This document shows positions 36,476 through 50,813 of a stretch of 64,000 nucleotides of DNA, in pieces (the stretch's first letter is position 1; every line of letters begins with the position of its first letter). Origin of the DNA: Octopus bimaculoides (lineage: Eukaryota); assembly GCF_001194135.2 (NCBI RefSeq), contig NC_068985.1, positions 36,711,011 through 36,775,010 of the forward strand. The letters are read 5' to 3'. Made by a program: the position numbers and the translations under genes. A model generated the notes under the pieces. It searched no databases and was not told the origin of the DNA. It was given only the letters and a program-made list of their open reading frames with translations.

Positions 36476-39400
36476 TTCGTGTCTATATCAAATATTTGGA
36501 ATTTTTACTCAATTCCGTGCATTCTTTATGCCATTTCTCATACCATCCAAAAAACAAAGGGAATCCTTATTAATATATTGATTAAGAGGGAAATGGTGTG
36601 AAAGTTTTCTTCCCTAAAGAACTCTTGAACCATCTTTTACGGAGGCTATCTTTTTTTTTTAGTTAAAAAAAAAACCCAGAGAAATAATCAAACGTAATAA
36701 TACTTGTGTCACCAACAACACCTGTATCACCAATAAGTCGGATATTGAAACAATATAATTCAATACTTTAAAGTGCCCATATACTGGTATTTAAGTTTCC
36801 ATGTTTTATATATGACATCCCGGCATTTAATATGATGTAATTTGTCAACACTTAACTATTATTTTTCATACGAATGGTGTCTCTGAGTTAATTATTTCCT
36901 AAAACCCTGTACATTTTACCCAGTGAGTATTCTTTTACTACTTTGGCATGTACATAGAAGTAAATGCTTTGTTGATGTGATATTAATCAGATCCAAACAT
37001 GCCTCAGGTTTTCTCCTGCACTTGCTGAAGTATTTACAATATTAGTCATTAAGTAATAATGATTTTTTTTCCCCAGACCGCATAATTGTTTCTTGTTAGT
37101 CTTTTGATCTCCCTTACATTAACTATGTTAACACTTGCTAGACTTATGGTATAATAACACTATTTAAATACCCTCTTGACTCGATTATTTACACATTATG
37201 TCTGTAATCTGAAAGCAGTAATTCCTTCGTGTATCACTAATCTTTACTCTTATGTATATAACATCAGCAAATTGCTTCATAAAGTCAAGATTAAAAAAAA
37301 CTGTAATTTTGACCACTCATTTGTAAAATTATTGTAGGAAATTAACTTTGAAAAACAATGTTAATTTAAGTAAAAGAAATTATAGTTTCCCACTGTCTTT
37401 GTGAAGTTTCAACGCAGGTTTGAAAGTTCTAATGTAAAGTTAGATGTTAAATATTGTAAACACTTAGTAAATAAAAGGAAATTCTTAAGACAATAAATTT
37501 CAATAAAAGGTCAAAAAAAAAAACAAACTAAAACAAACATGTAAATATTAACTGTTAGGTGAACTGTACACATCTAGAAAAATATGCCACGCATTTCAAA
37601 TTACATCTCTTTCCGAGACCCTGCCCTTTATAATTCTAATATAGCGAGAGAATTTAAAGAAAAACAAACTTTCATCCACATTTAATAAGGCACTAATATT
37701 TTAAGTCCACACTAATAAAGTAGTTTTACACTTCTCTCTTCTCTAAATAAATGCCCTAGGTAAAGATGTCAATAGTGCAAATAACAGCGACAACAACGAA
37801 AATTACTAATTGGCTGATCTTTATCTGAAATAATATATAAATACGGATGTTGGCTTGAAGAAACAAGCCAACCTCCATCCGCTTTTAAGAAGAGGAACTG
37901 AATAATTAAGTGTTGTGCGAAAAGACCTTGTTGAATGAATTAGTAAAGCACTTGGCGACTCCATAAACGCGGGTTGTAGATAAAACAAAGGTATAAAGTT
38001 TCTTGCTCTTTAGAACGGAACTAATTTCATTTTATAAACTGCTCATGCGTATGCGAGGAAACGGAAAGAAATGCAAGTTTGGCTTAAATAAAACTCGAAT
38101 TTAGAAGCAGGCTGCATGAAATCCAAGACATTTCAAACAAAAATAAGTTAAGAATTCGTGTGATTCTTAGAGATTTGAAGACGATTAATGATTTCCAGTG
38201 AACCTGAAGTATATATATTTTTTACACGAATACTTTTATTTTCTTACGAATAAAATGATAATTGTTCATATTTATTTGTTTCTTTTTCTAGTCCGATGGT
38301 TATTTTTTAGTCAGCCATTTCTGGTGTACATATTTCGGAGTTTATACACTTTTATTCCGAACCACTTCACAATTACTGTAGTATGAATCATATTTGATCC
38401 CAGTAAACCACGCAATGGAAGAAAAAAATGTTGAACTAGACGACAGTGGTGAGAACAAGAATAATAAACCAATGACTACGACGACGATGGTGATAATTGA
38501 AACAACAACATACTTGCTTCATTTTAATAATAATTACACGTTTAAAGAATAACAAAACATTAAGATATTTGAAGAATGAAAACTATTAAATTAACAGAGA
38601 TAAAGATCTAACAAAAAAAATCACTGGATGGAAGCTGTTTTGGTATTAATAAAAGAATGTTTTATTTAAATACTGGAATGTTTTAAATCAAAATATGGGA
38701 ATGATTTGATATCAAACCGTAAGTGTCGTAATAAACAGAATTTAAACCTTCGGTCTCTTTCTCATCTTTTTATAATTAAAAAGAACATTGTTTTTTTATT
38801 TACCCTTATACTTATCAAACGACCAATGCGTTCNNNNNNNNNNNNNNNNNNNNNNNNNNNNNNNNNNNNNNNNNNNNNNNNNNNNNNNNNNNNNNNNNNN
38901 NNNNNNNNNNNNNNNNNNNNNNNNNNNNNNNNNNNNNNNNNNNNNNNNNNNNNNNNNNNNNNNNNNNNNNNNNNNNNNNNNNNNNNNNNNNNNNNNNNNN
39001 NNNNNNNNNNNNNNNNNNNNNNNNNNNNNNNNNNNNNNNNNNNNNNNNNNNNNNNNNNNNNNNNNNNNNNNNNNNNNNNNNNNNNNNNNNNNNNNNNNNN
39101 NNNNNNNNNNNNNNNNNNNNNNNNNNNNNNNNNNNNNNNNNNNNNNNNNNNNNNNNNNNNNNNNNNNNNNNNNNNNNNNNNNNNNNNNNNNNNNNNNNNN
39201 NNNNNNNNNNNNNNNNNNNNNNNNNNNNNNNNNNNNNNNNNNNNNNNNNNNNNNNNNNNNNNNNNNNNNNNNNNNNNNNNNNNNNNNNNNNNNNNNNNNN
39301 NNNNNNNNNNNNNNNNNNNNNNNNNNNNNNNNNNNNNNNNNNNNNNNNNNNNNNNNNNNNNNNNNNNNNNNNNNNNNNNNNNNNNNNNNNNNNNNNNNNN

Positions 39401-39972
39401 NNNNNNNNNNNNNNNNNNNNNNNNNNNNNNNNNNNNNNNNNNNNNNNNNNNNNNNNNNNNNNNNNNNNNNNNNNNNNNNNNNNNNNNNNNNNNNNNNNNN
39501 NNNNNNNNNNNNNNNNNNNNNNNNNNNNNNNNNNNNNNNNNNNNNNNNNNNNNNNNNNNNNNNNNNNNNNNNNNNNNNNNNNNNNNNNNNNNNNNNNNNN
39601 NNNNNNNNNNNNNNNNNNNNNNNNNNNNNNNNNNNNNNNNNNNNNNNNNNNNNNNNNNNNNNNNNNNNNNNNNNNNNNNNNNNNNNNNNNNNNNNNNNNN
39701 NNNNNNNNNNNNNNNNNNNNNNNNNNNNNNNNNNNNNNNNNNNNNNNNNNNNNAGCTCTACATTGTAATTTGTCCATTTTCTGTATTTAGCCCTGTGTGG
39801 CTATAATAAAAAGATATCTATCTATCTATCAATCTATCTAGCTGTCTGTCTGTCTGTTCGTTACTAGAGATGGAATCAGTATTAGTTCAAAACAGGAATC
39901 TGTACATCATACTTTAAGCAGAGGAAAATCGTTCAGCAGCGGAGATGATATTGCTTCTTTGAGCTTCGTTAA

Positions 39973-40006
<34 letters not shown>

Positions 40007-40099
40007 ATTTAGCTTAACCAGTGACTTGTTGGAAAAATAACGCAAAGAAAGAGCAAAATTGTATAAGATAGGAAAATTTGTTAATTGGCATAAAATAAT

Positions 40100-40726
40100 C
40101 TTCTTTCAACATAGGCGCACGAGGCCAGAAAACTGACTCAGTATCTGAGTGGTTCTCTATTTTATTGATACTGGTGGGAAAAAGGGCAAAATTGACTTTG
40201 ACAGAACATGAACTCAGAATCTAAAGGACCAGAACAAATACAGCAACTTATCCCTTCCGATGCTGTAACAATTCTGTCAATCTGCTGCCAGCGCAGTTAT
40301 GAAATAATGGTTTCTAACTTAGGTACAAGGCCAGCAATTTTGAAGGGAAGGGATTAGTTGTTACTATTGACTCTAGTAATTGACTGGAACTTTATTTTAT
40401 TGGTCCCAAAGTTAACCTCGGCGTGATTTAAACTCAGAACCTAACAATCAGAAGAAATTCCGCAAGGAAAATTGTTTTCGGCACTTTAACGATTCTGCTA
40501 GCGCATCGCCTCAAACATTGGCTTCTAATTTAGGTATAAAGCCAGCAGTTTGGAAGAGAGTGGGGTTAGTTGATTACATCGACATTAGTTCTTATTTTAT
40601 TGATTTTGCAAGAATTAAAGCAAAGTTGATACTGGTGCGATTTGAACTCAGAACGTAAAGAACTGAAACAAATACAGAAGCGTATTTTGTGCGAAGCTGT
40701 AATAATTCTGCTAATTGGCCGCCCTT
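40100..40726 (-). mobile_element. Three head-to-tail SINE family A copies
   Basis: Three repeats of tail...aactcagaa...acgattctg/aattctg...cgcc (about 40100-40295, 40303-40512, 40515-40726). Confidence 0.8.
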
Positions 40727-40751
40727 GTAAACACCAATATATAATAACAAA

Positions 40752-40877
40752 TCGATGATCTAAAATCGATTCTTCTTCTTCTTCTTCTTCTTCTTCTTCT
40801 TCTTCTTCTTCTTCTTCTTCTTCTTCTTCTTCTTCTTCTTCTTCTTCTTCTTCTTCTTCTTCTTCTTCTTCTTCTTC
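40752..40877. repeat. (CTT)n microsatellite
   Basis: Directly visible. Confidence 0.98.
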
Positions 40878-41734
40878 CTTTATCTATTATTCTATTTACC
40901 CCCCTCGTATTTTGTAAATAACATCCAAAAGAAGGCAGCGAGAAACTATCTTTGTATTGACCCAAGCAAATTCCATGACAAGTACATAGTTTTTGACCAG
41001 GAAGTCATGCTGGTTTTTCGTCTACCTAGGGTTAAAAAAGAACACCAACAGCAATAACAACAGTAACAAGGCGTGCAGATACGTTAACCACATGCAAATC
41101 CATATGCACTCTCACATATAATGCACTTACACCGACGTTACACACCCACTTTGTCTGTCTCTCTCACACGCATGTATATACATATGTATTCATTATATGT
41201 ATATATATATATACATGTGTAAATGTATGTATATATGATGACTGCAAACCAATTTTGAGCCATGCTATCGCTTGCTTGTTCTCTTAAACATTTTTAGTGC
41301 AGATGTGGTTTTTAAGTTTTGGTAGTGACCTGCACTCTTCTGTGGTACAGAGGTAATAACCTTGGATGCCTTTTGCAGTAGGTGTTGAGAGATCATAACA
41401 GCCACGCTGACACCTGCCTTCATTCCATCATGGAATTTTGCCTTTCTCGGCTACCGCCAACCACAGTATGCAAGACATAATTGAGACTTTAAAAATCAAG
41501 CGATTTGTATATTTGAATGTATATATACATACACACACTCACATATACAGTCCACGCATCTTTAAATGGGTAACCCTGCGACAAATTGGAGTTCCGTTCG
41601 GGTGGAATGTTGACCTGCCCACCAAGCTAGCGGAGTGGTATTATTCGAAAGCAAAGATAATGCGAAGAAGAGTATTAGGACCAGCAGCTGTATATCAACA
41701 TTTGATATTCTGGATGAAACTGTGACATAGCGAT

Positions 41735-41800
<66 letters not shown>

Positions 41801-42922
41801 TGTGGGTATGTATGAGTGAATGGCTGGGAAATAAATTTGTAACACTAGATTTCAATTTAGCCCTGATCAAGATAAACGAAAATATCACGAAACAGAGTCT
41901 TTTTATATAATTGTTTTGTTCGTCTTTGATGATCTAAATACAAAATTGATGACAGCTTTTGGAGATTCCTAAACACTTTCCACATGAAATCTGGAGTTGC
42001 TTTTAACACCTTTGTTTCATAAATAACAAGTATATTTTTGTTGAAAATTATTCGACGACCAAATTTTTTTTTGTCAAAGCATTATATCAATTAACAAATA
42101 TAGAAACCAAAAATAAAACAACACCTCCAAAGTATAAATATATATATATATATAAAAGAATTATATAAATATATAAACAACAAATAAACGCTACCTCTCA
42201 ACAGCAATGTTCTATATATAAACAATTCATTCTACCCCGCAAACCATAAGTGAACAAATAAATAGATGTTCTCACTGCAGTCTTTATTTGACGTTACTTG
42301 TAAAATGTTTTCTAGATTTAGTACTGATATGGCTATTTTGTCAAGCGTTACCGTAATGATATGCCCTGGTACGATACGATATTTAGTGCTCTATGCGAAA
42401 GTAAGGTCTTTATTTGTGCAGTTAGACATTTGGATGTTTCCATTTCTTTATTTCCTTCCCAATTTTAGTTTATCTTTTGTATTTTACTATTTTTTGTCTT
42501 CTTGGAATCTAAACAAAATCACCAAAAATTTCTTTCTTTCGAGATTATATACAAAGCTATTTCTGTGAGAGGAAATATTATCTGTGGTGTTCTTCTCACG
42601 TTCAGATGTATTCTTGATATAACTAGTGATGATCACAAATGATAAATACTTTACTCATCAGAAGATAATCTATCTTGGAAATGGAAAATTAAGACTTCCA
42701 ACTAAATAAATAATAATCCCAATGAGGACTAAAGCACTTGTATCGCTAGATGGATAAGAAGTTCCTTTTGTAATCACGTAGTCTTTATGTCGATTCCACT
42801 AAACGGCACTTTAGGTAAGTATCTTCTACTGTATCATCTGGTTGACCGTTACCTTGTGAGTATGGAATTTGGTGAATGGAAACCGTATAGAAGTCCATAA
42901 ACTACATACATACATGCATACA

Positions 42923-43079
42923 TAGGCGCAGGAATGGCTGTGTGGTAAATAGCTTGCATACCAACCACATGGTTCTGGGTTCAGCCCCACTGCGTGGCCC
43001 CTTGGGCAAGTGTCTTCTACTATAGCCCCGGCCGACCAAAGCCTTGTGAGTGGATTTGGTAGATGGAAACTGAAAGAAG

Positions 43080-43113
<34 letters not shown>

Positions 43114-43215
43114 TTTCTTTCAGTTTCCATAAGTTCTGGGGTCGATTTGCTCGACTAAAGGCGGTGCTCCAGCATGGCCGCAGTCAAATGACTGAAACAA
43201 ATAAAAAAATAAAAG
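42923..43215 (+). mobile_element. SINE family B/C: head and core (42923-43082), (TA)n, and a truncated tail
   Basis: taggcgcaggaatggctgtgtgg (A-box-like)...gggttcagcccc (B-box-like)...ccttgggcaagtgtcttctac; tail ggcggtgctccagcatggccgcagtcaaatgactgaaacaa. Confidence 0.88.
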
Positions 43216-43907
43216 AATACATATCTACAGTTACACTATCTAGATTACAGATTCGGGTCTATACCTGTAATTATTGGGGCACTGGGATATGTAACACAAT
43301 GCCTAAATACCAATCTTGAGAAATTAGGCATCTCATAACCAGAAAGGAGAAAGCTAGATCCAAGCCCTCACTGGAACAGGTTATCATTGAAGTATATATG
43401 AGCATGTCTAGACATGCAACTATATGTATGAGAATACAAAAAACAAAGCACTCAGATCTGCTCATATTCATACATACAAACATACATACAAAGATAATCT
43501 GTTGATGTTGTTGAAATTCTAATGTGGGAGCCTTGGATCTAGGCTAGAAACCGACTCTTTCTCTATTGGCAAGAAATCTTGAAATAAACTAAATAATGAC
43601 ATACATACAAACACAGTGATACATGCACACACGCGCGCGCGCACGCACACACAAACATGTCGTATACACCCCATCCGTATATAATACACATACACGCATA
43701 TATATGCCTATGTGAGTCTGTGTTTGTGTTCATGTTTATATTTCCGTGTTGTACATGTTTATCTCCTTTTATATGTCACAAGTTAGCGATTCGACAAATA
43801 GCGCTCGATAAAATAAGCATAGGAATGAAATAAATCCTGATGTCCATATGATAAAATAAATTATTGAAGGTAGTGCCCCAGGATGGCAACAGCCCAATGT
43901 CTGTCTG

Positions 43908-43990
<83 letters not shown>

Positions 43991-45184
43991 GAGTGCGTGC
44001 GTGTGTGCATGTGTGTGTGTGTATGTGTGTGTGTGTGTGTGTGTGTTTGTGTATGTGTGTGTGTGTGTGTGTGTGCGTTTATGCTTCCTCCCACACTCTT
44101 ATATACGATTTAAAACGTTATAAAAAGATCTGTGGCTGACACAAAATCAAGTTTTTTTCCGATTCATAACATGGATTCAGACAAACCACATTGTTTGCAA
44201 ATTTTACAGGAATTAAAAGAGACAGATTTAGCAAAGAAAACTTTGCACGCTCCATTTTAGCTAACATCGACATCAACACAGTTCTTGATTTTTTGGTGTC
44301 TATTCGTAAACAAACTATTGAAACCTCGCGAACAATCTGTGAGGTCGTCAATGAGTACAATGATAATATATTCCGAATTTGTAATTTTCCAAGCAAACTA
44401 CCACAACGAACTCTGCTCAGTAATTGTTTTTTTTTCAGTTTATAGGACATTTCTAAACTTCTTTAAAGCATGAAGTTTCATATGTATTCCTCGTATTTAC
44501 CTACAAGCAGTTAGAGTGTCGTTCTCAGCCAGGCAAAGATATATATCTTGAAGTGTGAGTCACACCTGATCGTTCAACTAATTACCTAGGTATCATAAGT
44601 CTACAGAATCAGAGTTGGCAGCAACAGCAGCAACAACAACAAAGATACCAAAAACAACAACAGCAAAAAAGGAAATATTTTCATTGGGGTATAATTAATG
44701 ATATTTTTGAATTAAATTCTGAATTATTATTTTAATAATTTGCTTCCATAGCAACAGAGAAGAAATTAAATTTCTCTCTGTTGTGACAGCTACCAAATAA
44801 ATTTGTCTCATTTAATTTAAACTATGAGAAGTTATTAGCCACCGTGTTCCCTCGACCACAATGGTCTTTATTCAAATGTTTTAAAAATAAAATGCTATTC
44901 AAGGTATTGAGAAAAGTAATCTTAATTTTTATTTCCTTTAATAGAATAGATCAGAAAAAAGTAAGACTTTTAGTAAAGGATGTATTAAAATCAAGTTACC
45001 TTTTTAAAGGGGAAAAGAGGGAAAAATCAATACAGCTGGGTAAAGTAATCAAATAGTAGAAGAGATTCGGCGTTTTAGCGTGTTCTACAGAATAAAATTT
45101 AGATATCCGTTAATAGCTCTATATGTGCAAATGGTTTTACCCGGTTTCAAACGAAGTGTATGAATATTTTTGTTTGATTACACT

Positions 45185-45375
45185 TAGAAGCATGGGCACA
45201 TGTTTGTTTTTGTGCTTGTCTACCCCTACTCCATCGCTTCATAACCAGTGTTGCTTTGTTTACATCTCCGCAACTTAGTGACTTGGCAAAGGAAAACGAA
45301 AGAATAAGAACCAGGCTTAAAAATTAAGTACTAGCATGGCCACAGTTCTACGACTGAAACAAGTAAAAGATAAAC
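45185..45375 (+). mobile_element. SINE family B/C, 3' part
   Basis: ataaccagtgttg...ttggcaaagga...gaataagaaccaggc...gcatggccacag...gactgaaacaagtaaaagataa. Confidence 0.75.
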
Positions 45376-48174
45376 TATGTCTCTCGATCTTACTTCTTCG
45401 TGCCTAGAAACTGGAGCTTATGTGACTGTATCAGTAATAAGTTATAGAAAAGTGACTTGTAATATTCCTTGATATTTCTTTCTAATTGAAAAGAAGACAG
45501 ATTTTGAAAACTTTCAGCCGAAACAAATAACTTGGTGTAAATAGGATACAACATGAACGAATAAATGAAACGCAAATTTTAGTATTTTGTCGGGATATTG
45601 AAGAAAGTCAGGTGAAATGACAAGTGAAGCTATAAATAAATATGAAACTATTTGGTTTCTGGATTTATCAAAATAATCATTACAGTTAACACAAGACTAC
45701 AGAACCCAAATCCCTTTATGTGTCCGTTTCGGAAAATTCACATGTCAAGAAATAATGGTGGAATAGACACGAGAATTATTTTTGGTTTGCGTTGCCAAAT
45801 AGGATTTGGAAACTATTAACATCAATATTATTGTTTCAGTTAAGCTTAGAAGAAATCTTTCGTGAAGAAATACCAGCGAAGCAACAGTAGTTACAATGTG
45901 ATAAGATTGTACGTGCAATAATTGTTTGGAGGTACGCTTCAGTGTGTAAAATTTCAAATGAAGACATGGACACACAGTCGAATGAAATGCATGTAGATAC
46001 ATGCGAAAGATATCAATGCTTTCTGCTTCTGTACGTAGATATTTCTTTTATAACGGTCGACCAAACAGCTTTCAACGTGTTTAGATTACTGAGTATTGTG
46101 CCAAAAAGGAGAAATATAGTTATATAATAGAAGATAAGCAAAGAAGATTGGTTTTATGTTGCACGTAGGAACAAACCTTTAAGTTCTGAGAAATAATGCA
46201 AAAACGTAAAGTAAATGTTTTAACGCTGACAACATCGACACAATATGTTTGCTTTGCGTGTTAAGGACTTGAGGTGTACGTTATTAACCCAGAATAGCGT
46301 TAAATGTAGAATGTCGACAACAATCACGAGTTATTGATTCAGGAAGATGAATTTAAATGTCTAAATCTAACATATGCACAATGTTGATATATTGGTGTTT
46401 TTTTATGTAGTTGAGACTATGAATAAGTACATTGTCTTGTGTGAGTTCAACTTCTTTCAGAAATATGCAAGTGATTTTAGATCGTTAGATTTAGCTGAGT
46501 AAATGATTCGTGATCTTCATTACATCAATTGTCTAAATAATTCGTCACCTTTATTTAAAATGCAAGATGTAAAGTTTATTAATATCTTTATATTTTTGAA
46601 ATAAGGAAAAATTCATTTGCATATTACACTATTAAACGCAATTCGCTGTTGCAAGCAATTAGCAACCATTTTAAATACAGCTGTACTTCAAAAATAATTA
46701 TCGCAAAATGTAACTAAATGAAACGTAAAGTGTACGAACCGTATACTGCATTTAGCTCACTAAGATATTGTCTCCATTATTTACCATCCGATGGTAGTAA
46801 TAGTATACTGACTAAGGAAAAATACCTTCCTCAGTTTTCGTCTAGATCGCAACCTCTCAAAAATTGGAGTATTATTTTTCACCTTAGTTATTTCTCCTTC
46901 GGTGAGGTTGTAGAGGGAGAAAAGTAGAGCACATATGTCGTAACAAAAGAAACAAAGCTACAAAGAAATGAGAATAAGGAAATTTGTTAGGTACACATAT
47001 TTGTTAAAGTGGATTAGGAGGCAATCCTTAACCGAGGCACTTTGGTGTTTACTAGGAGCTGCTATTTAATACATTCGGCAGGTTTAATCACTTTTTTACA
47101 GTGGAAGTCTTACAAGGGTCATTCTTGGGCAAAGTGGCATCATAATCAAGCTGTTTGTAAATACAAACAATTGTTTTGATGTTATAAAGAAAACTTTACG
47201 CTGTTTGTTCAATACAATAGCTCTTCTTGGACAATTAACTGAAGAACAATACTTTGGAATGAATCGTTTAGTTTGAGATGAATGATGTGAATTGAAATTT
47301 CCTCAGGCAGTGTATTAAAGATGAATTACATTTAGACAACTAACTACTTGCAGTTTGTGAGAAATACTAAAGCACTTTGCTTTATTTCCGGGATCTACTT
47401 GGATAATGTTTTACGTTCTGAAACGGAATACAAATACATCGTATTTGATTGACGTTGAGCACGTAATCTGCGCTTTCTGACATTTTCTTCTGACAATGAA
47501 TGAATGATTCATTCGTGTTATTTCTATGTTTTCTTTTTGTTAATAGGAGAAAATGAAAAGATAAGGAAGAAACATCGCTCCTTTATTTAAGATTTTAAAC
47601 TTTTCAATGCAATGCGCTAATTAAAATGATTGAAAACCTAGATCACAACTTTCAGAAATTCTGTAGTAAGAGGCATGATTTTCATGTTGCTATGAAAGGA
47701 GGAAATTAAAAGTAGAGATGCCTTTTAGTATTAACATTTGCACAGTTTAGTAAAATATAATTGATTGAAAATATGCTCGGGAATTCGAATTCATTTGTTA
47801 TTTGCAATCAGTTACCTCGACTTTGAATGATGGATAAACTTGTAGTTCAGTTATGTAGACGTGATTATTTTCAATCAAACGTCTTAATACATACATACAT
47901 ACGTGACGAATCGTCTAGTCATAATGTAGTACGTTTAGTGAAAAATTAATAAATAGGTACATATGTAGATAAAAGCAAAGCTTATCATCAATGATAGTTG
48001 GCATAGATTCTCAGGCTTTAAAAGTCCTCGTTATTGAATGGGAATAGCACAACTGTGTTAGAGAGAATTTCCAGCCGTTGTAATTCACTTGGACTGGAAT
48101 CAATCACTGTCAGGAATAGTTAGATTACAGTTTAGAAAACAGATGTTCCTTAATGTGATTTTCTTGCACAAATA

Positions 48175-48575
48175 TTGATTTCTAACATTGGTATAAAGTC
48201 TCAAAGGTTTTGTGGAATGGTTAGAGTTAATTAAAGCGGCTCAGTATTTGTATGCTATTTTATTTTATCAACTTTGGAAGGATGAAAACAAAGTCAATCT
48301 CAATAAAAATTTTCCTAAAGCAAGGGAGGTAACTCAATATACTAACTTCCTCCTCCATGATCTAATGATTTGATCAATTCATCGCTATTTTGTTAGACAA
48401 ATTTTGATTTGTTATTGCAGTACTTGACAGGAAATTTATTTCACCATCATCAGAGGGATAAAAATTAAAGTTGAACTGGATGGGATTTGAACTCAGAACG
48501 CAAAGAGCTGTAAAAAAGAGACACTTAAGACATCGGTCCTCTGCGTTAACGATTCTGCAAATCTGCTACTGTGTC
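48175..48575 (-). mobile_element. Two decayed SINE family A copies
   Basis: aaggatgaaaacaaagtcaatctc; gggatttgaactcagaacg...ttaacgattctgc. Confidence 0.65.
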
Positions 48576-50236
48576 GTCATAACAATCTTGAACACAACAT
48601 TAAGAATATTAACATTTTTACAGAGATACACTCAATGCAATGGATCACAAAATATTGCTGGAACGTATTTCTTTAGCCTTGGGTGGGGTGGGGAAGGAGA
48701 GTAGAGTCAAATAACGCGGGAATTTAATTCAGAAACAAAATATAGGAAAATAACTGACCGCACACTCTACTGATAGCACCGACTCAGTAAACAATCTAAG
48801 GATCGCCGAAGCGACGAGAAGACCTGTAAGCGGTCGGTAGGCCTACTGAAAACAGCAGCCAATTTGTCCAAACCAAACTCTATTTTCTTAGAAATGGAGT
48901 AACACATTAGGTAACATTGTCAGACAAAAAGTATCTGAAAATACGAGACACAGATACTAAAGCTCAACTAGGGCTAAACAGCTGCTTAACTCAAACTAAT
49001 AAAACTGATTTTGCTTTACATTTCTTTCTGTTACAATATACTGAACCTGTATCAAATGCTGTTAGATATTCGTTGAACCTAGATCTTCTGCTGGTCGGAA
49101 AATGTGAATATATAGTACACTCTGTCTTGGATTTATCATGCATTTTAACGGTGATTAACTGCGTAGCTATATATACTACTACATGAAGAACAAAACAATG
49201 CAAACATGCCAAAAGAAAGAAGCAAAATAAAAAATAAAAACGGAACGAAAAACACAAGACAACAATAATAAAAAAAATATATCACTAATGCCATTGCATT
49301 CAAAATCACGCCCTCTTAGACATTGCAGTAACTGTTTGTACATCAGTCACTCTAGTTTGAAAGTTCTCATGCAGAGATGTCCGTCAGAAGTGCAATTATA
49401 TCAGCCACTCCACTCCACTACTAACTCACTTGATCATTGATAGCTTAAAGAAGAGAAAAGAGTTTCTATAACACAAAGAAAAGCAACTTATCAAATTTCC
49501 AAATCGCTGCATCTGGAACAGCTAAGCTAGGTCTGGCAGTCCAAGTCGGAATTTATCCACCAAATAAATAAATAAATAAATAATATATATATATATATAT
49601 ANNNNNNNNNNTATATATATATATGCGCACATATATTTACATATGCATATACATTCATATATATTTACACACATACACACACGCACATAATTAGATCGTT
49701 AAGCTCAATGTATTTAGTTCTCTCTAATTCTTTGTTTTCTTGTTTAGTTGTTTTCCATCCCTTCTAGATTTATATAATAAATATATAAATAATATATATA
49801 TATATATATAAAATAACAAAATAAATAAACATATAAAATGGCAAAAAAAGGCAGATTTTCTACTTGTTATTACGACTATTTCTTCCTTTTCTTTCTTTGT
49901 TTTACTTTTGATGAAGTGGGTGGCGGCTTTCACTCATTAAAATATATTTTGACAATATTAAAAAAAAAACAATGCGAAAAATAAACATAAATCAACGGAA
50001 AAAACTATAATATAAAATAATAACAAGGGAGTTACAGCACAAGCACAAGCGTTCCCGACATGACTCTTCGAAACGTCTGGTAATATTTTCAGTTTCTCAA
50101 AATGTTTTCTGCGTCCCATAGACAGACAATCCTAGATTCCAAAATCCATTGTTTTCTTTTTTATGATTTGAAAAATAATCGAAGGAGTTAACGCAGACAC
50201 CAACCACTGCCGTTACCACCAATTACCACCACCACC

Positions 50237-50269
<33 letters not shown>

Positions 50270-50271
50270 GA

Positions 50272-50483
50272 TTTCTACTTTAGGCCCAGAAAATTCGAGG
50301 GATGGAATTAGTCGATGCCATCGCACCCCTGTACTTGACTCGTACTTTATTCTATCGATCGTGACAGGACGAAAGGCAAAGTTGATTTCGATGCGATTTG
50401 AGTCCAGAGTATAAAGAGTTGGAAGAAATGCCCCTAGTTATTTTGACCGACTCTCTAACGGTTCTGCCAACTTGCCGTCCTAT

Positions 50484-50559
<76 letters not shown>

Positions 50560-50767
50560 CCTTTCTACTCTAGGCACAAAGCCTGAAATTGGGGTGAGGT
50601 GTAAGTCCATTACATCGACCCCAGTGTTTCACTGGTACTTAATTCATCGACCCCCCCCCCCAAGGTTGAAAGGCAAAGTCAACCCCGGTGGAATTTGAAC
50701 GTAAGGACGGACGAAATGCCGTTATGCATTTTCTTCGGTGTGCTAACGATTCTGCCACCTCGCCTTG
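50272..50767 (-). mobile_element. Two head-to-tail SINE family A copies separated by (ACT)n(AAT)n
   Basis: About 50272-50480 and 50557-50767, both matching the reverse complement of the family A consensus. Confidence 0.85.
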
Positions 50768-50813
<46 letters not shown>

